This document shows positions 24,891-36,245 of a stretch of DNA of 64,000 bases, in pieces. Under the pieces are notes generated by a model. The model saw only the letters and a list, made by a program, of their open reading frames with translations. It searched no databases and was not told where the DNA came from. Location: assembly GCA_030390025.1 (NCBI GenBank), contig CM059432.1, forward strand, positions 14,324,001 to 14,388,000. The letters run 5' to 3'. Numbering within the stretch: the stretch's first letter is position 1; every line of letters begins with the position of its first letter. Origin of the DNA: Squalus acanthias. Lineage: Eukaryota. Made by a program: the position numbers and the translations under genes.

Positions 24891-26445
24891 TTCCCTTAAT
24901 ATTCAAAAATCTATCGCTCTCTGTCTTGAATATACTCAACGACAGTGCAACCACAGCTCTCTGGGGTAGAGATTCTCAACCCTTTCAGTGAAGACATTTC
25001 TACTCATCTCAGTCCTAAATGGCTGACCCTTATCCTGAGACAGTGACTCCTAGTTCTGAACTCCCCAGCCAGGGGAAACATCCTCCCTGTCAAGCCCCTT
25101 AAGCATTTTATGTTTCAATGAGATCACCTCTTATTCTTCTAAACTCTATGGAATATAGGCCTAGTCTACTCAATCTCTCCTCATAGGACAATCCCCCCAT
25201 TCCAGGAACCAGTCTGGTGAACCTTCATTGCACTCCCTCTATGGCAAATAGATCCTTCCTTAGGTAAGGAGACCAAAACTGTACACAATACTCCAGGTGT
25301 GGTCTCACCAAGGCCCTATATAATTGTCATAAGACTTCTTATACTCCAATCCCTTTGTAATAAAGGCTAACATACCATTTGCTTTCCTAATTGCTTACTG
25401 TACCTGCATGTTAAATTTCTGTGATTCGTGTACAAGGTCACCCAGGTCTCTCTGAATACCAACATTTCCCAATCTCTCACCATTTAAAAAATATTGCGGG
25501 GGAAATTCAGTATCGCCCCGTTTGGATCGCTAACTTTTGAAAGCTGGGAAACTTAGCGCCAGGCGTTAATGATTCCCAGCTTTTGCAAAATTCAGTGTTT
25601 GCGCTCCAAGAAGGAAGTGGAGCGCTAAATCAAGCATTCCACTTCCTTCCTGGAGGGCGAAAGGATGCAGACGGGCGGTAGTGGTGCAGCACTGCCGCGA
25701 TCCGAGGCTCCTTCCCTCCCTTAAAGGGAAGGGACATCGCTGCAGGCTCTGCATTGGGACCAGTTAGCTGGTCCCTGACAGCAGCCACGATCCGGCCCGA
25801 TCAGCCCCATGCACTCCAGCAGAGTGCCAGGGCTGATCGATCACGGCCCAGGAGGCATGGAAAAAAATCAATTGCAATGTTGTTAAAATTTTTCTCCTAC
25901 CTGCACCAACATCCCCTTTTATTTGCGCCTCCGAAGCTCTCGGCCTCCCGAACAACGCCTCCTGCAGCTGTCGGTGTTATCCCCCGACGATGCTGCAGGG
26001 GGCGGAACCAAAGTTCGGGTCCGGGGCGCTACTGGGGCGATGCGCACAGCAATGCCGTCACGATCTCCGGGCGCAGGAGATCGTGAGGCTAGTGGTTACC
26101 GTCGCCGCAAACCTCCATGTCATTTTCGCGGGCGTCGGTACTATCGCCGCGCTCGGTCACAAAGCCTGGTAGCGCCCCGTTACCGCCCCCTAGAGGCGCT
26201 AATGGGAGGCGCTAAGGTACCGAATTTCTCCCCCATTCTGCTTTTCTATTTTTCCTATCAAAGTGGATAACTTCACACTTCTCCACATTATATTCCATCT
26301 GCTATGTTCTTGCCCACTCACTTAACTGTCCATATCCCTTTGCAGCCTCTTTGCGCCCTCCTCACAGCTTACTTTCCCACCTAACGTTGTATCGTCAGCA
26401 AACTTGGATACATTACTCAGTCCCTTTATCTAAGTCACTGATATA
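24891..26445 (-). mobile_element. CR1-type LINE ORF2 fragment (RT C-terminal half), inverted relative to 23965-24890 and interrupted by a MITE
   Basis: Minus strand starts YISDLDKGTE.NVSKFADDT and runs to near the ORF2 end. Confidence 0.85.
25496..26234. mobile_element. Non-autonomous PIF/Harbinger-type MITE (family B)
   Basis: TIRs gcgggggaaattcagtatc / ggtaccgaatttctccccc (15/19), TSD ATT (25493-25495, 26235-26237). Removing it restores contiguous CR1 sequence. Partial relative at 60614-61036. Confidence 0.87.
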
Positions 26446-27120
26446 GAACCCTGTTCACTGAACCCTGTTGGGAGGTCGCTATCATCTCTGCAACTACTGT
26501 TTACTTAATGCATTAACACATGCCTGGCTCTTTTATTGTCAATGATCATTATGAAAACTGCGACCACTGTTAAAATTATGCATATGTTTTAAAAGAAAAA
26601 AATATATGAACATACAAAATTGACGGGCAGGAAAAGACCAACTGGTCCATCAAGCCTACCCCTCACCACGATGGTCGGACCTGAAAGTCCTTATAATCCA
26701 AACATACAACTTGAAAGCACAAGCAGCAGAAAGGTTTTCGAGTGAAAAGCCAGTAAACATTAAGGGTGCGAAATTCGGCTGCTTTGCGCCTGCCGTTACT
26801 GCCTCCATGGGGCGCAAATGGGTTTTTTCGCCCGGGCGCGGCGATATTAGCACTTCACGCTAAATTGGGCCGGGTTTTTGCGGAGGCGCTAAGAGTTAGC
26901 GCCCCGCTCCTGTAGGTACTGCCCCACTCGGCGATGATGATGTCATCGGCGTGCGCAGTGCCCCGGATGCAAAATTCGGCCGCGCCCCCTCACTCACCGC
27001 CTGGCGCTAACAACGACAGCATTAGCTGTCGAGTTGCAGTCGGGAGTCGGCTCCTCGCGCCTATTTAAAGGCACCATCTTGGGGAAACTTTTTTGTCGGC
27101 CATAACTCTGCTGAGACATT

Positions 27121-28001
27121 GGGGCAGAAATTAGGCTCGTCACGGGTGAGTACGCATTATGTACTCACCTGTGGACGGAACGAAAGTGCCGGTTTCTTGC
27201 ATGCACTGCGCATGCACGGGAAACCGGCACTTCCGTTCCCCTGAAGGAAGGGGTTCAGAGGTCGAACGCACACACCGGAGGGCCAGCGCGTTCGCCTCGC
27301 ACTTTGGACTTTTTTACAGGTTCCTCCGTGAGGGTAAGCACGGAGAAGGTACACATTGAAAAAGGAGGTGCAAGGCCTTCTTTTAACAAAAATGAGAAGT
27401 CGCACAACACCAGGTTAGTTGGACTATAACCTGGTGTTGTGCGACTTCTCATTTTTGTCCACCCCAGTCCAACGCCGGCATCTCCACATCATGACTTCTT
27501 TTAACAAGGTAAGTCTTGATTTTATTAAAATTTTAACATTTTTTTCACAGATTTATCTTTTTTAATTACTTTAAAGAAAGGTAAGTTTAGTTTTAACCCT
27601 GTTAAAAAGCGTAATTAATTTTTTCAAAAATTTAAATTTTTGTTTAAAATAGTTAATTAATGTAATTTATAGTTATTTAAAAATTGTGATGTTTTTTTAA
27701 AATGTATTTGCAGTTTTAGGGATGTTTTGGGGCCGATCTGTATTCATAGATTTGACAGCTTCCTGTCAAATCTATGAATGAAAGATGGTCTGCTGCCATT
27801 GGCTCTCCATGGCCCACGTGATCCTAGGGGACGCATCGCACTAACTACGCCCCTGGGATACGCAAGCCCTGCGCGCCGGCAGTTGGGGGAGGCCCAGGAC
27901 CCGAATTCCTCGTGGGCCCAGGGGTCAACGGCAGGCGCGGTAGGTAGGTGCGCGCGGGATCCTTGCACCCGCGGGAAGCCAGGGAGCCGAATTTCTGGCC
28001 C
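27121..28001. mobile_element. Harbinger-type MITE (family A) nested in 26764-28405
   Basis: TIRs ggggcagaaattaggctc / gagccgaatttctggccc, TSD ATT (27118-27120, 28002-28004). Internal sequence homologous to 2059-2816. Confidence 0.87.
27390..27494. mobile_element. 105-bp retro-insertion with a perfect inverted repeat, probably a minimal Penelope-like end
   Basis: 13-bp TSD cttcttttaacaa (27377-27389, 27495-27507). 32-bp perfect stem 27386-27417/27427-27458. Confidence 0.7.
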
Positions 28002-30804
28002 ATTGTCAGACAAGCTGCTGAACGTATCCAATTCCACATGGCTGAATCGTTGTGCCATGGCTCCCTCTCCCTTGCGACAGCCATGGCACAACGCTGTCTC
28101 AGTCGCTGAGAGGTCGCACTCAAAGTGCAGCAATGCTGATAATAAGCAGCTGCAGCTTGAAATGACCTCCCCTTTAAGAGCTGGAATAAGCGCGAGTCAA
28201 GGCTTGAAGGCTGATTGCTGGACGCAAGTGAGCTGAAATTGGCTCTGGCAATAGCGCCCCTGCAGCGCTCCACTCAGACCATTTAGCGCCCCGCCTCATT
28301 CCTGGGGCGAAAACACCCAATTTTGCAACATTTTTCAATGGATTTCACTGGGCGCTAACTTTGCAAAACGTTAAAAGGTAGCGCCCCAAACCGAATTTTG
28401 CACCCTTGGCATCTCCTCCCCCCATCTGCTCCCCGCCCCCCCCCCCCCCCACCCCACAGGTTTCACTCTGGCCACTTGTGGAAAACAAAACCCTGTCGAC
28501 TTTGCTTCCAGTGCTGGAAGTGTGGTTTAAACGCTGGAAACTCTGACAGAGTATTTTATATATTCAAGTCGCATTGCTATTGGAATGTGCAACCATTCTT
28601 TTAGCTTAAGACTGGCAAAGGCATGTGGCCAAGTGAGAGACGTGTAAAAAATAAAAGGCTATAAAAGAAAAATCTGTTCATATTAAACCAATATTATCTT
28701 CCTCATCTAAAAACCTCAGATTATTATTAATGTTCTCTGTATCTGAAGAAATGTAAGCAGGGAGCTCATGTCTCAATTACAGTGAGGCCCTGACGGAGAC
28801 AGGATTGGGAAGAGTTTCCTCGTGGAAAGATCAGCCAAGTGCTGGGCTTACCACTCCCCCTTCGCTGCTCTCAGGAAGAGGAATGCTTGTTTGTGTTTCT
28901 GAACCAACTAGCTCTTCCACGAGAGATTCAAATTCTGGAGTGAACGGTCGTGAAGAATGGGCGATTCAACCCACTGCAGCACTGCTTTTCGTAGCTCAGC
29001 ATTGCTACGCCAGGCAGAGCACAATGCACTAACAATACCGTATTAAAACACCCAGATCGCAAGCCCAAATTTCTTAACAGAAACGTGCCAAATATATAAT
29101 CTTTTACAGTAGCATTAGTTTCATAAGCACGAAAGTGCCCAACTCCTGTCCAAGTTTTAAGACACTGACTAAAGCAAGCTGCCTTCAGAGAAAACCGACA
29201 GACCTTAAAAGCTCTGGAGACAGAATACCCCAGCCAGTGACACCATTATATTGTTTTGAACAACTCCCAGCTGTTAAGAACACGGGTTGTGACACGAGAT
29301 TCACGTTTAAACACAGCAAGCCTCGTTCACCGGCCAACCCTGTGTCACTTCCCACGAGGCCTCGCTTTGTGTTAAATGGCTATGATACAACACAATCGCT
29401 GACTAAGATATTCAGGGTCTAAGCAGCTTCATAAATTGTCGATTTTTTCCATGAAGGAAGCTTGCTTTCATCTTTATTCTACAGCTACTGTTTGGTTATC
29501 CTCAAAACAATCCCTTCCCCCCCCCCCAACCACCACTGAAGCACAATCCCTGCTATTAAAAATAATTGTCTTTCTCCACACACAGTCTCTCAGCTGTCAG
29601 CGGTTCTGTATGGTAACAAAGGGGGTTGTGGTCAAAAATATTTTTTTATTTCATTATCAAACAGGGGCAAGCAGAGAACTGATCCACATCAGATATCCTT
29701 TAATCCACAAAGACTAATGGTGCAGAAGTTAACTGTAGACCGACTGTACACGATTACACCACTGCTCCCTCTCTGTGTATTACAAACCAGATACTGGAAA
29801 CCAGAAAACTCTATTATATTATTCATCGATACTTTTTCTTTTAAATTAGATTTCTAACTGCAGGATCTTGTGCTTCTAGAAGTTTCTATCTAATACTTCA
29901 ACATATCTCTGCCAGATGTTTCCAGCCACATTCTAAAGCAATGCTGAGCTTCTGAAAAGTGACATTTTTCACATTCCTGACTGTCAATTGAACCGGCCTC
30001 TGCATTAGCACTTTCACACTTCAGCTCTCCGTGAAGGGCTAGCGTCAACAAATTTGAGGAAATATCAAAAGTTAAAAGTGTGGATGTAGAAAATCTGGAA
30101 ATGAACAACAGGTTAGTCAGCATCTGAAAGAGAAAAGATGGGCCAACATTTCAGTGACCTTCATCAAACTCTGCAGTTCCAGCATTTTCTGTTTCCATTG
30201 AAGATGAATCATCCATTTTGTAACCTACATACTGCAATCCGAGCCAACAAGTTAGTCATAAATCAAAGAGCAGAGGTGCTGAGCTCTGATGTTAGTTTAA
30301 GGCGATGTCACTATAAGTGTATAGTTTTGCATGTGCTCTGATTTTAGTTTCTGTGTCGGTTTTGATGTTAATTTATTAATGATGAGGCCAGTCCTGATAT
30401 CAAGGTACCTGAATATTGGTATTTAAGTGGAGGGTTATTTTGAATGTATTTTGTAACCTCCATGTGATGGATGTGCATTTCCAAATGAAACAGGTGTGAC
30501 AGCTCTGTCAGACTGTCTGTGCTCTATTGGCAAGTGGCTCAGGAAACCATCTGGTTCCCTGTGACATTCTATCTCCTGTTTGGTTCTGTTGTCATCTTCC
30601 ATCTGTTGTTTCTCTGTCTTTGTCTCTAGGCCACTCCCAACTCTACTGTCTTAAGGGTGTGTGCAATATATTATATCTCCTGACAGCACTAGGTATGGTT
30701 GGGTCCTGGTCCCCTCCCTGTGCTGGCTCTAGACTAGACCTTTTAAATGCCGAGACGGATAGCAACTGAGGATCTGGCCTTGAAGGGGTTTTGACAGTTT
30801 TGCA

Positions 30805-31639
30805 AACTGGCCGGGTAGTCGAGTAAAATCGACCGGGTTACTTACCCGCCAATGTCGCGCCATCTTCAATTTTAAGCTGTTCTTCTGAGCAGGCAGCAAA
30901 AGGCACACGCCTGAAGCCGGTGGGGTCCTTCTTTAAATATGCGGATCAAGGTCCGGCGATGCCATCGGTCCCCAACCGCAATTTGAATTCCGTCCTGAGC
31001 GGGGAAGCCGGCTTTCTCGTCAGTGAGAAGAGGATCGCAAGCAATAGAGGTCATTCAAGATAAAATTTGACTTGCCTCTGTGCGGCCTGGAGGAGCAGAA
31101 GTGCTCCTCCAGGCCCCTTAAGGAAAGTTTAGGCCCCCTGCTCCAGACCTCCCCTCACCTTCTGTACTGTGAGACCTCTCCCCCTCCCTCTCCCCTTAGG
31201 CTTACCTGAGTGCCAGCAGGCGGCCAAAGGCCACATTGAATCTCTGTAGGCCAGCGGTCGCTTCCCGTCCTGTTCTCGCTCATTCCGGGCGGGAAGTCAG
31301 CCAGTGGCACGTTGATGAGGCCCGGCGGTTAAAATGGCCTCTTCTGCTTTTGATCCTCTTTTTACTTGACTTTACCCGGCGGGAAAAGAGTAGCTTCCCC
31401 ACTCAGGTCAGAGTTAAAAATGGTGGTCGGGGGCCCGATGACATCATCTGACGCCAATATGCATATTTAAAGAAGGACCCCACTGGTTCAGCTGGGTGCT
31501 TTTGCTGTCTGCTCGGTGGATCAGGCTAAAATTGAAGATGGCAGGGTCCAGGCGGGGCGTCGGCGAGTGACTCACCCGGTCGATTTTAACTGCCTGCACG
31601 CCCAGTTTCCAGAGGGAAAGTAGGGTTAAAATTGACCCC
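30805..31639. mobile_element. Foldback-like MITE with about 200-bp imperfect inverted arms
   Basis: Left arm aaaatcgaccggg..gccatcttcaattttaagc..gtggggtccttctttaaatatgc pairs with right arm gcatatttaaagaaggacccca..gctaaaattgaagatggc..cccggtcgatttt. Related fragments at about 49830-50082, 42995-43551, 53185-53525, 4415-4640. Confidence 0.8.
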
Positions 31640-32149
31640 GAGATTGTTACTGTAATATATAGATGTTATTCTGCTGTGGGCGGGAATTTAACTGAAACCG
31701 ACGGTTCCCTCGGCAGAAACCCGGAGGCAATTAAAATTCCTCCCCTTATGTCTGAATGCAATTGCTGTCTACAAATCTAACTTCCTTTTGTCATGCTTTT
31801 TTTGCTTATACTTTTGTGTCCATTTTTCCCACAGTAAATTCCCATGTTAACATTTTACATGTGAACTTTCACCATCATGGTATGTTGATGAGCCAATGGA
31901 TTCATTCAATATACGTTCTCAAAAAACTTTTGGGGCACAATTTTTTTTCTCAGTAACTGAAATTTTCAATGTCGAAAGTAAAATTTTAAAACAAAGTCAA
32001 AAGAATCGAAACATTACATATTTCGCCATACATGATTAAATAGATCAACTGAATTATTTTTGTGACTCCCGTTAGCTGAAGGTAGATCCTGTAGATTGAA
32101 CATGTGCGGTGTGCGTAACTTTCCAGGATGCATCAGTAGCATTTCACCC

Positions 32150-34870
32150 GGCCAAAAGATAGAAATTCGTGTGTTTAGCGCCAACGCCGTTCAGAGCTCT
32201 ACCACCAGCTGATGGCGGTTCCAGCACCGCACGCCATATCTGTCTTGCCGGTAAACTCAATCACCAGGGATGTCGCAATCACGGAGATCATGACGTCAGT
32301 GAGTGTGCCACGCTCACTTGACGCCCAATTTCCCAACTTCGTTTTGGCCATTGAACTTACCGGCTGGAGAAAGCAACGACAGGTTGAGGTGGCGTGCAGC
32401 AGCAGGAAGCCAGCTCCAGCGACGCTATTTAAAGGGATCCTCTCCAATCACTTGCACCTGACAGGGTTTTGAAGTATAAGTGGCTGTGTGCTACTTCCTG
32501 CTACTGGAGAGTTTTCTTTATTCATTTCAAGGATATTTGGTATCAGGGAGTGTTGTGGCAAGTACAAAACTCCATAATTATTTCTGAAAAGCTTCAACCT
32601 ACAACACTTGCTAAAAGTCATGGGGGCTGTACTGGCAGTGGACCTCGCCCTCCAGGATCTACGGTGGAGGGAGCGGAGGCAGCGAGACAATCGGCCTTCC
32701 AGACAGGCTGTCCGTGACCGGCTCATCAGACTCCGATTCGCATGAATGAAACTCCAGATCCCCGCAGCTCACCACATCCCCATCATACCATCCCCGTCTC
32801 ACGCCATATCACATCATCCTCCTGGGCGCAAAGGTGAAATGAGACAGACCACAAAATATTCCAAACACAATTAATAAATTTATGTATAAACATATCACAA
32901 CACATCACAGGAATTATAATAACTAATGACCCTTGTGCCTGCCACAGTTGACTAGCTGTCATTGTGTGCAAGGTGTGGGTGCCAGTGTTGCTAGGTAGAG
33001 ATTGTTGGTGGGTGAGTGCTGGGGGTGTGGTGCATTGAGCAGTGTGTGAAGCTTGTGGTACAGATGGTGGTATGTAGCATTTGTTGTAACTTGTGGTACA
33101 GATGGGGACCACAGTGCTGCCCATGACATAGTGTGCCACCTCCCTACACATAGTCCGGCAGACTTGTGGCGAGGCCAGGGCCTCCTGTCAGTTGGCAGGT
33201 ACAGGACCGCCCACCTTCTCTCCACCACTAAAACCAATGCCTCCAAAGCTTCATCGGAAAACCTCCGGGCTCTCTCCCTGGGGTGGTGATCTGCTATCAG
33301 GATTTGTAAATAAGTGCTCCTTCTCCTTGTCCGTGCCCAACTTTCCCGCAATTCCATGTTTGAATCCCTCCAATCAGGTTTCCGCCCTTGCCACAGTACC
33401 GAAACGGCTCTCATCAAAGTCACAAATGACATCCTTTGTGACTGTGACAAAGGTAAACTATCCCTCGTCGTCCTTCTTGACTTGTCTGCGGCCTTTGACA
33501 CGGTTGACCACTCCATCCTTCTCCAACGCCTCTCCACCGTCGTCCAGCTGGGTGGGACTGCACTCGCCTGGTTCCATTCTTATCTACCTATTCATAACCA
33601 GAGAATCACCTGCAACGGCTTCTCTTCCCGCTCCCGCATTGTTACCTCTGGTGTCCCCCAAGGATCTATCCTTGGCTTCCCTCCTATTTTTCATCTACAT
33701 GTTGCCCCTTGGTGACATCATCCGAAAACGCAGCGTCAGTTTCCACATGTATGCTAACGACACCCAGCTCTACCTCACTACCTCTTATCTCGACCCCTCC
33801 ACGGTCTCTAAATTATCAGACTGCTTGTCCGACATACAGTTCTGGATGAGCAAACATTTTCTCCAATTAAATGCTGGGAAAACCGAAGCCATTGTTTTCG
33901 GTCCCTGCCACAAACTCCGTTCCCTAGCCACTGACTCCATCCCTCTCCTTAACATCTGTCTGCGGCTGAACCACACTGTTTGCAACCTTGGTGTCTATTT
34001 GACCCTGAAATGAGCTTCCGACCACATATCCGCAGAACTAAGACCACCTATTTCCAACTCTGCACTTGCCTCAGCTCATCCACTGCTGAAACCCTCATCC
34101 ATGCCTTTGTTACCTCTAGACTTGACTATTCCAATACACTCCTGGCTGGACTCCCACATTCCACCCTACATAAACTTGACTTCATCCAAAACTTGGCTGC
34201 CCGTGTCCTAACTCGCACCAAGTCCCGTTCGTCCATCACCCCTGTGCTCGCTGACCTACATTGGCTCCCGGTTAAGCAGCGCCTCGAATTCAAAATTCTC
34301 ATTTTTGTTTTCAAATCCCTCCATGGCCTCGCGCCTTCCTATCTCTGTAATCTCCTTCAGCCCCACAACTCCCCCCCCCCCGAGATACCTGCGCTCCTCT
34401 AATTCTGCCCTCTTGAGCATCCCTGATTATAATCGCTCAACCTTTGGTGGCCGAGCCTTCTCTTGCCTAGGCCCCAAGCTCTGGAATACCCTGCCTAAAC
34501 CTCGCTACCTCTCTTTCCTCCTTTAAGACGCTCCTTAAAACCTACCTCTTTGACCAAGCTTTTGGTCACCTGCCCTAATTTATCCTTATGTGGATCGGTG
34601 TCAAATTTTTTGTCTTAAAATACTCCTGTGCAGCGCCTTGGGATGTTTTACTGCATTAAAGGCACAATATAGATACAAGTTGTTGTTGTTGTTGTCGTCC
34701 TGTTGAGGCAGCTGCACACCCAACAATGCTGAGAATGAGGTGCTGCAGCATCAATGAACCTCCCCTTTAAGAAGTGAAACAAGCCTGTGGCAATCATTAC
34801 TTGCGTTTAGACTGCCCCCGATATTGGTCCATCGTTTCAGTGTAACGCCAATGAGCTTGGGTTTTTAGAC
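32150..34870. mobile_element. Decayed Harbinger element (Myb/SANT ORF remnant on minus strand, 33290-33080), split by an L2 insertion
   Basis: RERARRFSDEALEALVLVVERRWAVLY, then frameshifted CREVAHYVMGSTVV, matches the Myb/SANT-like DNA-binding domain pattern. Outer boundaries are uncertain. Confidence 0.7.
33326..34694 (+). mobile_element. L2-clade LINE, 5'-truncated, relatively well preserved
   Basis: QSGFRPCHSTETAL..LLDLSAAFDTVDH..GVPQGS..YANDTQLY..HAFVTSRLDYSN; (TTG)n tail. Confidence 0.93.
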
Positions 34871-35334
34871 GAGAATCATGACTGCAATCATTTTAACGAG
34901 GAGTCTCTAACAAAATCTATTTCGTTATTTTCAAAAGTACTTGAAGAAAAGTTTTATTCAGACACAATTTTTTTTGTTGACTGTTTTGTAAAATAGAGAA
35001 GAGGGGCTGATTATAGTCTCTTTAGTGGCCCGTTTTTTTTGGCGTAACGGGGTAGTAGCGAGGCGAAGGTGAAACTGGAGGACTTACCACTCCGTTTCTG
35101 CTGACATGTGCGGGGAAATAGGCATCTGGGGCTCCTGCTGGAAGCAGCAGGGGCCTCGTTAAGGTATGACGCCCCTATGACGTACATACGACCAGGATGC
35201 AATTTTGAATCGAGAGCGCATTATGCCCATGCTGCGCAAGCCCCACCCACTAGAAGTGTACCTAAAGCAGCCAAACCAGCAGTCCTCAAAGGAACTGCTG
35301 AAGACTGTTGCTAAACCGCCGCAGGTGAGCATTA

Positions 35335-35645
35335 GGGCAACACGGTGGCATAGTGGTTAGCACTGTTGCCTCACAGCGCCAGAGACCCGGGTTCGAATCC
35401 GGCCTCGGGTGACTGTCTGTGTGGAGTTTGCACATTCTCCCCGTGTCTGCGTGGGTTTCCTCCGGGTGCTCCGGTTTCCTCCCACAGTCCAAAGATGTGC
35501 GGGTTAGGTTGATTTGGCTATGATAAATTGACCCTTAGTGTTAGGGGGATTAAATACATGGGGTTACGGGGATAGGGTGGGATATGTGTCGGTGCAGGCT
35601 CGATGGGCCGAAATGGCCTCTATCTGCACTGTGGGGATTCTGTGA
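35335..35645 (+). mobile_element. tRNA-derived V-SINE (HE1-like), near full length
   Basis: Pol III A box (tggcatagtgg) and B box (ggttcgaatcc), V-domain gtggagtttgcacattctccccgtgtctgcgtgggtttcctccggg, CR1-like tail gctcgatgggccgaaatggcc. Confidence 0.88.
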
Positions 35646-35879
35646 AAAACTTTGAGCACCTCCACCCGACCCTATTGCCTGACCCTCCTATTTAGATCGT
35701 AACCGGTGGCTTGGCTCCATGGAGGAAACCACTGGAGCTCCCTCCATCCTGTGCATTTCCCAGGGCCAATTTTACTGTCGGTCGCTCCGTAAAATAAAAC
35801 TGGTGATCTTCCAGTGCTAAAACAAATGCTGAAAAGGTCACTCGCTGATTTCATTTTAATGAGAGCCAACCTCATACAT

Positions 35880-36245
35880 GCGTGGTGGTGCTGTGGTTCT
35901 GTTACTGGACCAATAATCTAGAAAAGGTAAAATTCAAATTCCACCATGGCAGTTTGAGAATTTGAAAAGTAAAAGTAAAAGCTGTCGGACTATCATAAAA
36001 ACCCAAATGGTTCACTAATGTCCCTGAGGGAAGAAAACGTGTCGTCCTTACCCAGTCTGGTCTATATGTAAATCCAGTCCCACACCAACTGCAATCTGAA
36101 GTGGCATAACAAGCCACTCAGGTTAATCAAACCGCCCTCAGTGATTGAAGAAGGCAGTCCCCTACCACCTTTTCGGGACTAATAGGAACGGGCAATAAAT
36201 GCTGGCCTTGCCAGCAACACCCACATCCTGAGAAAGAATTAAAAA
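35880..36245 (+). mobile_element. SINE with third-LINE-family tail
   Basis: Same body as 20310-20702. Tail gcaataaatgctggccttgccagcaacacccacatcc matches the LINE end at 48318-48352. Confidence 0.65.

Larger units (their letters stand above)
26764..28405. mobile_element. Internally deleted Harbinger-type element hosting nested insertions
   Basis: TIRs gggtgcgaaattcgg / ccgaattttgcaccc (14/15). Minus-strand ..QRFSHVELD remnant of the Myb-like ORF start near 28060-28020. Segment 28130-28180 resembles 34723-34772. No clear TSD. Confidence 0.75.

Noticed and set aside
27377..27507. CRISPR-like repeat or intrinsic terminator
   Set aside because: Eukaryotic intron. A single hairpin with a TSD and no repeat-spacer array.
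35335..35410. tRNA gene
   Set aside because: A and B boxes are present but run straight into the V-SINE body, so this is a SINE head.
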